Shown here: in pieces, positions 12,388 through 31,138 of the stretch
How positions within the stretch are numbered: the stretch's first letter is position 1
Layout of the letters: each line of letters begins with the position of its first letter
Assembly: GCA_009602725.1 (NCBI GenBank)
Contig: WELB01000029.1
Location: 112,326 to 168,463 of the forward strand
DNA: 56,138 nt
Source: Spirogloea muscicola
Lineage: Eukaryota
Direction: 5' to 3'
The notes under the pieces: generated by a model
Told to the model about the DNA's origin: nothing
What the model saw: only the letters and a program-made list of their open reading frames with translations
The model's database searches: none
Translations under genes and position numbers: made by a program

Positions 12388-14539
12388 ATGGCGTCCTACA
12401 CCGTGCGCGCCGTGCGGCCGCCCGGCGACGACGCGCGCCTCCGCCGCCGGCCGCTGCGCATCATCCTCGTCCGCCACGGCGAGAGGTGCCCGCCCCTCTC
12501 TCGCCTCGAACCCTGATCTCACAAAACCAAAGCCCCGCCCCTATCTGCCTCCTCTCGTGGTGCTCGCCGTCGCTGGCCTCGTTGGCGGAGAGGCTAACAC
12601 GCGCGGCTCCGGCGCTGCGAGGCGCCAGCAAGGGCAACGTGGACGAGACCATGTACACGCACACCGCCGACTCCAACATCCCGCTCACCGACCTCGGCCG
12701 CTGCCAGGTGCACTTTCAACGCCGCCTCTGATGCCACCTTTCCTCAGATGCCTCGGTCGCTGGTCTCCGGCAGCGGCCGCTGCCCGTTGTGCAAAAGCGG
12801 CTGTCACCGGTGTTACTGGCCGCAGGCCGACTCGATGCGGTGTGCTTACATTTCCGGCACTGGCTCTTGTCTGCGGCATGGACAGGCGGAGGAGTGCGGG
12901 CGCAAGATCCGGGCGATGATCGAGGGCGGGCCCGGCGGCGAGGAGCCCCGGGTGTACTTCTATGTCTCGCCGTACAAGCGCACGCTGCAGACGCTCGCCG
13001 GCATCGGCCGCGCCTTCCAGCGCCACGAGATCCTGGGTGTGCGCGAGGAGCCCCGCATCCGGTGGGCTCCCCACTTGACCGTGCCCACTGCCACTGTCGC
13101 TGCGATTGAGTCTGCTGATTCTGTGACGGCGTAGCCGCCACTGCTACTGACGGTGACGTTGAAGCCTCACGCCGGAATCTGCACGGATGCCGATGCAGAT
13201 CGCGAGCACTGACGGCCGGGTGACACTTGCTTGGCTTGCAGGGAGCAAGACTTCGGCAACTTTCAGGTGCGCGAGAAGATGCAGGTGGTCAAGGACCTGC
13301 GGGTGCGGTTCGGCAAGTTCTTTTACCGCTTCCCAGAGGGCGAGTCTGCTGCGGACGTCTATGACCGAGTGACGGGCTTTGTGGAGTCCATGTGGCGCGA
13401 CATCAACCTCAACCGGCTGCATGCCAACACGCAACCAGGCGGCGGCAAAGGCGGCCACCGGCCACCCATCAACGTCGTTATTGTCACACACGGCCTCACG
13501 ATGCGAGTTTTCCTCATGCGCTGGTTCAAGTGGACCACCGCGCAATTTGAGTCCCTTTGGAACCCTTGCAACTGCGAGACTCGGTGAGCAGGCTGCCCCA
13601 TATGCTTGCGCTTCTTCTGCACTACTCTGAGTTGCCGCTGCCCTTTCTCCCTCCTCGCCGCCCTTCTTGATCTCCCGAAACAATGGTAGTTGGGCCTCGT
13701 ATTGGCAACTTCATCTTGTCTCACACATTCAAACAGCTACCCCATCCCCTGATCTACATGTGCTGCTTGAGATGCACTCTTAGCTATACGGGCTGTCCTT
13801 CCTCCTTTTACTCCTGCTCGCTTTATCATTGTCCCTCTTGCTCTTTTTACTCCTATCACACGCGTTGCCCTTTCCCTCCTGTGATGCTTTCCCTTTGGTA
13901 GCCCTTCGGCCAAGCAAGCAAACTCCTTCGCCCAAGCGCAATTGCTCCGGCACTCCTCGGCAGCTGCTGACCTGCTGCAAGAGCGGTGCCATTGGCGGCT
14001 GCTTTTGCCGCAGGGTCATGCACCTCGGCCCAACGGAACAGTACAGCCTTACGGAGCAGCACAGCGCAATGGAGCTCGAGCGCTGGGGCCTGTCACCGTG
14101 CATGATCAAGGACCAGGAGGCGTTCCGCAGCAACAAGCGCCGCGCGCCGCGCGCGTGGACCTACTCCGCCTTCTTCGACCACCTGGGCCCCCCTCCTGCA
14201 GATGCCCGCGTCGAGACACCTGCGGCAGAGGAGAACAGGCTGGCGACAGCGGCACTGGAGCTGGAACTCCAGCATGCACGCCTGCGCCAGCGGCGACAGG
14301 ACGCCCTGGAGGCTGCCAATGGAGGTGGCGGCTTTCCCCACAGTCCCTGCTTTGCAGACGCTTTTGCTTGTGGTCTCAGCACGAATGCCCACGGCCAGCT
14401 TCCAAGGACAGACCTTGGGTCTCATCCGACATCATCCAGACCAGAGGACCCATTGGGAGCTGCCGCTGCTACCAGTGCCCGTGCTCTTGCCAGCGAGCAG
14501 CAGGAGCGCACTGCCGAGCTTGTTGAGCCCCCAATCTAG
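12388..14539 (+). CDS. Phosphoglycerate mutase-like histidine phosphatase (plant AT74 / yeast Det1-like)
   Basis: Exons 12388-12485, 12629-12707, 12886-13061, 13242-13583, 14014-14539. Motifs RIILVRHGES-GN, YVSPYKRTLQT, EEPRIREQDFGNFQ, FFYRFPEGESAADVYDRV, VIVTHGL. Confidence 0.92.
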
Positions 14540-15012
14540 CACTGGGGTCGAGCTCATGTATATATGAACATTCTTTAATTCTTTCCATTTATTCATTCTT
14601 CTGGACCTTATGTGCAGTATCACTTTTGGTGGAAAGAGAAAATGTGATGTTGCCACTTTGAGTAAGGTCAAATTGCTGCTGTACCACTGTCTGACTTCTC
14701 AGCCCCAATATCTTGGTCTCTGGCTTGCATCTGACGCAATAGCGTCACAGGAGACCAAATTTCTATTGTGGGGGCAGGCAGATCTTGTGAGGACAAGGGC
14801 AGGAGCATGCGAGCAAGTAAGTGCTGAAGCCCAAGTCGTCATTACAAATGTGCACAAGGCGGCTCAAGGGGTTGCAACCTCGGTATGCATACAATCAATG
14901 AGACCTAATCTTTTCCTCAGAAGGGGTTATTTTCAGCCTAAGGGCAAAGGGAACGACATCTAACATCTATGAATCGACAGTATGGTCGACCTCAGCTATT
15001 GTTCCGCCACTT

Positions 15013-22059
<7,047 letters not shown>

Positions 22060-22105
22060 GGTGCCCAGCGCCGCCGCCTTGGCCACCACCTTAGCCGCCG
22101 CCTTA

Positions 22106-22137
<32 letters not shown>

Positions 22138-23063
22138 AGACGCCAGTTCCGCGGGGCCCACGCACAGGGCGCTCTCACTGGCGCCCCGGCGGCATGGCCA
22201 GCCGCCCTGGCTCGCCCTCGGGGGAGCGGCAGCACGAAAGTGGAGCTCCCCGCTGTCTCGCGCTGCAGCTGCGCGGGGGAGAGACAGCTCGTCCAATGTG
22301 AAGGCTTTGAGAGGCCAGCCTCTCCCAGCCACCAGTTAATCTGGCCGCGCTTGCTCTTTGAGAGGCCAGCCCAGCGAACGGAAAACCCACGAAAAGGATT
22401 TGTGAACAGAAAAGAAACGAGAGCAAGTGGGTCTCGCACTGCGGGAGGCTGTCCGGGCTCTTGGAGCGTCGGGCCACCGACACGCGCTCCCGCTCCGGGC
22501 GGGAAGCGTCCGTCTGGAGCCCGACGAACGCCCCTCACCGAGTCCCAGCTTCCCGCGTCCCGGGGGGCTCCGAAAACACAAACCAAGAAGCCCCCAACCT
22601 CCAGTCTACGAGACGCAGCTCCCGGCTCTCGCGCGCCGCGGCGGCGGCGGCGGCGGCGGAGGCGAACGCGGCGGCGCTCGCGGCGTCGTCGTCCCGCAGC
22701 CTCGCCCTCGTCCCTACTCATCTGCGGGCGCCTCCCGGGCCATCCGACGCAGGACGCTCGCGACATCTGAAAGTTGTTACTTGACGATGACCTGAGCGCA
22801 ATGGTCGCCTCGGAGCGGTCGAGTCGGGCTGGTTGGTGCCCTGCTCGATAATCCGTCAGGAGGTCGCAGGTGAGAGGCGCGGCACGCTTGGACCATGCCT
22901 TTGCGACATGGCTTGCTCAGCGGCCGTGACAGACAGGTTTCAGCATCTTTGTCTTGCACAAAAGGCCAGGGCAAGTGGCTGATCTCAGCGCGCTGCACGC
23001 CCAGGCGGCGAGCACATTGTCGTCTCAGCGGCGTGAGTGCTCTTTCGGCGGGGCTCAGCGGTC

Positions 23064-26000
23064 ATGGCTATCAAGCGGCGCAAGCGTAAATGCACGTCGT
23101 CCATTATCCGAAAGGCAGCGGTCAAAGACGCCCAGCAGACTACAGGTGCCACCACCTCAGCCCCTTCCACTTTGACAATGTCAGTTTCTTCCAATACAGT
23201 AGCACTGCAGCTCGTACTTGTCTGCTCTTTGATCAATACTTGCAACTTCCACTTAACACGTCTTACCATGAAAGGGACAGGGGGCCAGAGTCCCCCTATC
23301 GGAGCTGGCGAGGTGCTGGATCCCTCTCCACCTGGCCACAGTGGCAAACGAGGGTGGCGAGCGACAACACCTGCCTCCTTGCCGTTCGTAGCTTCGCCAA
23401 ACGCGGTCAAAGTCGTCAGGCAGGCTCGGAGCCAATGCAGGTCCAGGAGAAGGCTGAAGGTGCTGATGGATCTCTACAAGCCTCCACCGCCTCCAGACCA
23501 GCCCATTGATGATGCTTGCAGCGCCGAGGCAAGTGGACAGTGTGAACGCTGCAGGCCGTGGTCAGGGAAGAGGAGATGTTGCACCTTGCCTGACGCATTG
23601 AGGAACAGCTCCTCGGTTGGCAGCCAGTCACCGCCCGCGAGCTCGGTTGCCAAGGTTGTGCCACCAGCACCATCGTTTCCCCACGGTGGATGTCGACCAC
23701 GCAGAGTGCAGCCAGATGGAAACAGCCCCCACATTGACAAGACAGCCCCGAATGCTCCAGAGCTACTCTGCTCGCTCCCCCTCACCTGCAAGCAGAGTCA
23801 CTTGGACAAGGATGCTGATTCCATAGCTCAGGTTGGTGGAGAAGATGTAAAGCTGCCAATCACCTTACCCCAGGAAATCAAGGAGGACTCAGTGGAGCTT
23901 GGAAAAGCGCAACTGGATGTCGCAGCTGCTGATGCACAGAAAGCTGAGGGCAAGCAAGCTAGCAAGCAAGGCGAGGAGGTGAACCTGCTCTGCTTGGAGG
24001 ACGGCTTCCTCGCTGAAACAGAGCCCAAACCTGTGATTGAGAAGGTGCTGTACACAGAATCGGATGCGGAGGCAAATTGCACTAACCCAGCTGACAGGAA
24101 TACCAGTGGGACTACAGACGAGAGAAGGCAACCAGATGAAGAAGCTGTGCTGCATGCTTTGCAGAGCGTAAACAAACTCATCGCAGAGGTATTCTGATAC
24201 TTTCTACTACTTGACGCTGCCTGCTTCTACAGCCTTCGTACACCTACTTGTCAGCTCCATCAGCATCTGAGAATGGCCGACATGGACCTCTCACTTGGTG
24301 CTTGATTACTGGCAACTTTTACAGGCCGAGGAGCAGGCTGACGACAAGGCAATTTTTCAGCTAAATTGCATATCACCACAGCGCTGGTTGACGTTCTCGG
24401 CAGCATCCCAACGCAAGAAAGAGGCATGCACTGGACTATTCTTGAACTTATTTCTCTGCCACACTAATACTCTCCTTGAGAAGAGCCGGCTACGTCTTCT
24501 CTCCTTCCAAAAACCTCAATCTCTGGCGCGCTTCCTGAGACTAACTAATAACAGACCCAGATCAGTCAAGCTTCAATATTGCAGTTGATAGCTTTGACTA
24601 TGAGCTTCCAGATGCGTACAGGTGACCAACTATATGAGAAATGAGGAACATGTCTTAACATCATTTGCGCAAGTTTCGCTGTCCACTTTATTGACTGACT
24701 TCCTCGTCATGGAGTGGGCAACAATCAGGGACTGACATGTAATATGCTCAATCTCTCGACTTTGTAGGCGGCGCTGGCCAAGTCAGGAGCTGCTCGAAAG
24801 CCAGGACATCAATGGCAGAAGCGGTTGACGTTCTCTGCTTCTGACGATTGCAGAGAGACTGAGTGTATACTTAGTCCTGGTAAGCTTCCCTCTACTTCAA
24901 GCAAGTCAGTGTAGTAAATGGTGGCTCGAATGTCTGTGACTTTTACTTCAGGCCTTTTACGCCTTGTCCTCTCAAGCAGCCGCAATATGAAGCACGTAAT
25001 TCTGAACAGGCTGAGATACATGCCATTGCATGCGTCGCTTTTGCTTGAGCTGCCATCATTGTAGAGTGTGCTACTACTTGATGGTCGCATCATGATGATG
25101 ATGTTGCAATTGAGTGACAGAAGTTCAACCCCCAACTGCTTCATCTGCTCACACATCTGAAAAGGCGAGGACATTCACACTTGCTGTTGCAATCTTCTGC
25201 AGCCAAGCTTCTTGTTGAAGCAGCAACATCTTACCTTCACCTCCTGGACCCCCAAGGCACACGACTTGCTTGCCTTGCACATCTGAAGGCTAAGGCATGC
25301 CCTGTCTGTCTTGGACAGGCGCAGCGAAAGCTTTTGGACGTCTTTGACTTCTCTGACACAGAAACCATGTCACCTGTACGACTGCGCACTTCAAATGGAC
25401 GTGCAAGTAAGTCCTCATGCAACGTCATAGAGGGAAAGAGTACAGTACATTGCCAATGGCGTAACATGGACTCCATAGTAGCCTTGTGAGTGAAGAAGGC
25501 CTGGTCAGACAGTGGCGACATGGATGACCCAGATGAGCTTGGCTAGGAGAGCTAACGCTTGGTCATCTCAACATGTCAGGGCTTCAAGCTTGGAGGCAGG
25601 ACACACAAGCTGCTGGTGTGCTTGAGAATCAGTTGTCTCGTGGCCAACGCATGCTCAAACTGGCGCAGGAGGCGGCCTCTACGCTTGACAAGGTGCACCC
25701 GAGATATAGACCTCCCCTGAGAGCATGTCGATGCCATTGGTCAGCTGCATTCCAGTCAGGTGTCCAGCATGGCAGTAAGGCCCACTTCATGGTCAATCTG
25801 AGCAGCATAAATCAGTCTCTTCTGTTCAGGCTTTTGAAACGTCACAGAGCTCGAGAGAGGTGATGGAGCAAGGAGATCCTGAGCGCTCGGATAGGAGGGA
25901 GTCAGACCCGATTCCACTGCAGCATGAAGCTGAAATCACAGACCATAGCTGGTCATTGACCAATATAGGAATTGGTGGGCATTGGAAGCCACAGCACGAG

Positions 26001-27822
26001 GGAGTGAGAGAAAATGATACTCCGACAACAGCCAGTGAAGACCAGCTTACACAAAGTAGCAACATTGACTTGGACCTTGGGGCAGGCTCAAACCCAGAGG
26101 GCAATGTCATGGAGGACAGCAACATCACTGGTTCATTAGCTTCGCAAGTTGCTCCAGCCACACTACCCTTACCTGGCAGCTCACCCTTGACCAGTGCCTG
26201 TCATCAGGCAAGACACGTATCCCAAGTACGTCGGAAGTGCTTCGGTCTTTGGCTAACAGCACCACTTGGCCATCTCTTTCCTTCTGCTTGGAGCAAGTAG
26301 ACCTTTGGTACATATCTTGACAAAGCATTTCCTTTTCTTTCTTCTTTACAGCAGGACCCAGCATTGTTGCTACATCCGCAACCCTTCCAATGTGCTCAGT
26401 CACCCTCCCCCCCTGCATCTCCAGCTCACACAGGCATCTGTGTCACACTACCCCCTCGGTCGCCTTCACCCAGAAACAGGCGGCAACAAAAGCAGACTCC
26501 TCCAAAGTCTGTCAAGGGTATTCTCAAGGTATAATCAAGATACACCATGTCACATAGTTCCAATAAGATGCCAACTTGCAGTGCACGCATTGTAGTATGT
26601 ATTAAAAGTGCTCCTGCATGCCCGAGTGGACCTGCTGATTGCAGAGGATCTGTTTGAGATGATCGTTTCTTCGTGTACAGACTTCCCAATCTTGCCAGGG
26701 ATATTGCAAGAATCATGCGAAGATGTCTGAGCGAAGCATGGACCACTCGAAGCATCAGCTTATGCTTGCTGACAAAGCCAACACCATTCTCAAGGAGGAG
26801 CTACATCACTTAAGAGAAGCGGTGCAGATTTGGGCGTTGCCTTTGTTGACTGAGGCTAATGCTTACAAAAGGGTAAGTTGTTGCTCTGATGACACCTTCA
26901 GTCGTACTGGGTAATTGCCTGAAAGGTCAGTAGTAGACATGAGACTGTCATGTGGCATAGGTAACTGTTACACAGCAGCCGTTGTTACTGCACTACAGCT
27001 TCACCAGCCCCCAATGATGGGCAGATGAGTTGTTCGGGGAGATTTGTCTTCAGAATGTTCTTTGTCTTGGGACCAGTAAGCCCAAGGCCTTTCCGTAAGT
27101 TAGTCTAGCAAGGCACTTAGCTCCTGTCTTTGCAGCTGCTGCCATCTTGGAAACTAGCCTCTTTGTTTGTAGCTCTCCATGCTTACGAGCAAACATGACT
27201 CTATGGACCAGGTTTCTACACTCCTGTCCAGATCTAAGTTACAGGAGGCAACTGCACAGCGTTACTTGTCCAAGATTGCTCGGTCTTCTGACCACTTTTG
27301 CCGGCTTGTGGTTAGTATCAGTCTCCCACAACATAAGATACTGCAACTCTACATCTCATGAACGTACTTTGTGACTGAGCAAGACCAGCACTGACAAGGT
27401 CGCCCAACTATCGATATTAAGCCATTGTATTCCTCGTGATGCCAAGAATGTGTGATCTGAGCTGATCACTTGACTACTGACATACTCGTCATTCAGAGTC
27501 AAAAGCAACCCCGGACGCCTAAAAAGCTGCGTTTTGCTGATGATGCTGGCTTAGAACTTTGCCAGATCCACACGATTGGCGAACATGTGAGCATATAAGG
27601 CCTCCAAGATTGCACGGCATGATTTGCATCTCTCTCTATTTCAACCATAGAATAGGTCTTGAAACACAATTGCCTGAGGGGAGTCCTCTTAATGAGAACG
27701 ACATTTATAGGCAGAGGCATCGCCTCACCTTAGTCCAGCCTAGCCTTGACATGCACTCATACTTGCATTGGTCTGCACAGGTACAATTTGATTTGAAGAA
27801 GCCGCCAGATATTTGTAGTTGA
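23064..27822 (+). CDS. Uncharacterised multi-exon protein: basic N-terminus (KRRKRK), low-complexity regions, helical segments, RVxF-like motifs
   Basis: Long open frame 23037-24197, then candidate exons at ~24325-24423, 24768-24879, 25198-25407, 25581-25691, 25830-26225, 26681-26872, 27173-27310, 27497-27587 and 27781-27822. Family not recognised. Confidence 0.6.
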
Positions 27823-28381
27823 GTGGACCCCCTTTTAGCCTTCTTAGTGCATGTCAGATCAGCCTGCAAGCCTATTGAGCTTGCAAGTGCCAAATCGGTC
27901 ACTGCTTTAAGAATTTGCCTTGTCAAGCATTCTTTAGTCCTGATATCGAAATCCTTGAGCTAGAGAGAACCAATCAAACATGAGGGGTGAAGCACATGCA
28001 CGTTTGCAAGCGGAGATCTGTGATAAGCAGACGGATAGCAGTACTTTGCTTACTTCGATGTTCGTAGAGCGTGCAGTAATGTATTCCAAGGCAGTGGAGC
28101 AGAGCATAGGTCGAGGTCATTGAGTGCCTCCTTGCTGACGTCTTGGAGACTAGTATCTCTCCTTCCGACCATTTCAGACCCTGTACATTCCTTTGGGCTG
28201 GCCTCTCACAGCCGTTGCTGCAACTTGGAAGAGCTGTTTCCTTTAATAAGCAAGCCATCAGCCATTACATGTTTTACTGAAGCTCCAGAATTCTATGGAA
28301 CTTTATATTTGCTTCTTACATGAGCACCTGTGAACTGGAGGAAATAATGTCAACGTTGGCACAGCGTCGCCCCTATGAAGT

Positions 28382-30048
28382 TCACAACTTTGGCTGTAGC
28401 CGAGCCAGGAGGTCCTCTGCCTTGATGTATGCACCCCACCAGCCGAGTGCGACATATTTCGCCGCCCGCCACCTGCAATGAAAAGGCCCACATTGCTCTG
28501 GTGGCCTGCCAAATGGCAGAACCTGGCATGTCTACTCCTTCACGCTGCACTGTGGTTGATTTGAAGCCTCCCAACTAAGGCTTGGCCTTAAGCGACTCAG
28601 GGGCTGTGCATGTGGTCTCAGCAATCTGCCACTGCCAGCAGTGTGCTTGATATATTGCTATTGTAAGGCAAGCTTAGGTGAGCACCTCATGACAAGGCTG
28701 GTTACAAATCTGATTACTGCATCAAGACGGGATTAGTGGTAATGGAAGAAGGTGGATCGTAGGTGAATCCAGAATGAGGCACCAACCATGGCTTGTAGGG
28801 AAGTGCCTGGCAGTGGAGGTGCAAGTGCGGCACGCTATTGAACGGTGGTCGATGGAAGCCTAGCCTGGACCCAGCGCTTGCAGAGCTCAATGGGCTTGCA
28901 ATCTCACATTACACGGGCTAGAAGCCTGAACTGTTATATCCATATTCACCGATATCTTTTGGTATCCAGGAATTAGAATAGGGTCTAGCGGCACTTAGTG
29001 GCACACAAGCTCGCCATCAAACGCCATCATATGCAAGTAGCCATTAAGTTTGCCACTGGCTGCAGCGACTTTGGGGGGAGGCTCCGGCATGCCTGAAGCT
29101 CGTCGCGCTCTGGGCGTCACGTTGGAGGAGTGACCGCCCCACCTTCACCATCTCCGATACTGCAAGCGGCCTTCCCTGCACGTTCGGCTTAGGCCGTCCA
29201 AGTTGCAAGGTCTTACTGCTCTGACCAGAAGGAGCCAACAACGCATGACTGACCAAGCGCATGGTGCTCGGCGCCTTCTTGCAGCTGTGTGATGTCCTTG
29301 ATGTGTGTGAGGGGCACGACCAAGTAGTGCCTGGCCGCGGAGCAGCCACGCAACACTTAGGGAGGTAAGTGTGGAGATGCAACAATGCTTGCTCGTCAAG
29401 AACTGCTCGTGAGGGTCAACAATAAGGCATAAGGATCGACATCCTCTCAAGGGGCGGAGATCGGGGCATGCTGTCTTGGCTAGCACAGGAAGCCATGCTG
29501 CTCCTCTGAGCAGTGTACTAAGGCCTCGTTGTTTGACCATGAAGAAGGCCGAAGCAAGCTGCGTGCGGGTGGCCGTTGGCCTATACAGCATAAACGAGCA
29601 GCCGAGCGTAAGACTTGCGACACGACTATCTGATTGGCAATAAGTGGTGCTGAGGGATGGCCTCACCTGAGAGCAGCGGGCTTGCGATCCTCGAATGCTG
29701 CCACACGCTCGTTCTGCGTGAAAGCGCTGTGACCCACAAAGCCAGTGAGCCTGTGCTTGGCACTTGTGCCACTGGCGGCTTGACTGCCAATGCTTTTCAT
29801 CGCTTTCTCGCCGTTGCTCAGCAAACTTGCTGTAGATGGCATGGGCGGCGGTGGTGCCCACAAAGACAGCTAGCAAGCTCGTCATACGACGTGCATGTCA
29901 ACGAGTCAGCTCAGGCCACTCGCTGTGCCCGTGGGCTCTGGCCACGCCGCACCTGGAAGAGGATGCGGGGGGTGCAGCCCTCGCCGTGGCCCTCCGCGAT
30001 GCGGCAGAAAGGGCAACTGGGTTGGCGCAGGCTGTGGCACTCGCCCAT
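28382..30048 (-). CDS. HINT4: Histidine triad nucleotide-binding protein (plant HINT4 / animal HINT3-like)
   Basis: Exons 30048-29953, 29713-29667, 29330-29254, 29159-29093, 28864-28787, 28472-28382 join to CPFCRIA..ILFQNERVAAFEDRKPAALRHYLVVPLTHI..FRLGFHRPPFNSVPHLHLHCQALPY (HxHxH triad). Largely invisible in the ORF track. Confidence 0.9.
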
Positions 30049-30457
30049 GCCACGCTGTGGAACGACTGCCCCCGCTGAGGCAAGGTGAAGCCTGACCTCA
30101 CCGTCTGTCCGCCCCGCGATCACGCTGCAGGCACGCAAACGAACATACTTGTTGCTAGACGAGCTGATGCTGAGTTCTTATGAGGCCCGCAGTAGTGCTG
30201 AAGCAGTGTCAACCATACCCCTACCATAATGTCCTTGGATGGCATCCCCAGTAGCTCAACTCTCACCGGTATCAAAGTGCTGATGAGAAAATGACACAGT
30301 TGTCTCGCTTAGTGCAAGTGCAACTAGTGGACAACTACGGAACTTCAGCTTATCCACGCTTCATTGAGTAGACCTCCTGCATCGGCGTCCTCATAGGAAG
30401 TTGTGGTGCAGCACCTGCTTCCACTTCGTAGAAGCCATCGAGAGTGGCAGCTACGAG

Positions 30458-30655
30458 GGGCCTGAAGATGCTATGTCAGAACGGGGGAGGATGGACCACT
30501 CAGTAGTTACGAGTGAGGAGCCTCAAATCGGAGAGACTAGCTGACGGAAATCTATCCCACTGAGAGTAGTTTTCATAATTTGTGCACCTTCTGGCCCTTC
30601 GAGACCTAGACCTTTATTCGTTCATTTGGGATGGCCTCTCACAGCCAATGCCATA
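30458..30655. mobile_element. CRE-like 3' fragment (-) plus a solo hairpin module (+)
   Basis: 30458-30560 closely matches 54030-54135. Module 'ggcccttcgagacc..gggatggcctctcacagcc' at 30593-30646. Confidence 0.7.
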
Positions 30656-31138
30656 CGTTAGAAAATCTGTTTCTAGAAGCGTCTATTCGTACTAGTACTC
30701 GAAAAGAAAAGCCACAAGTCATCTTGCCCTATGTATCCCACCAGCAGAAGCAAAGGCCAGTCCCCTGGAAAGTCCGTCCCGAGCACCATGGCTTGGACTA
30801 CAATGTCATTAGTGTGGCTAACAAGTGCGCGTATCAAGCTTGAATCTGCGCTTCTAGAAGAGCGTCAAGCCCAATCAGAGCGCTCAGCTAACCTAGTGGT
30901 ATAATATACCTAGAAAATGGATCAATGGATTAATATTGCTTGCATTGTAAGAATAATGAGTGAGCAATGGCACACTCGGCTGCCGCTACTTGGCATTTTT
31001 GGGGCACGAAACCCCGAGCTTAGGGCTGTTCGAGGCCCACGCATCAGACTAGCAAAGTGGTACTACTCATAATTAATAATACCTGAAAATACTTGCGTTG
31101 GAAGAGCAGCGCCTGTAGCAGACCAGACAAGCATTCCG

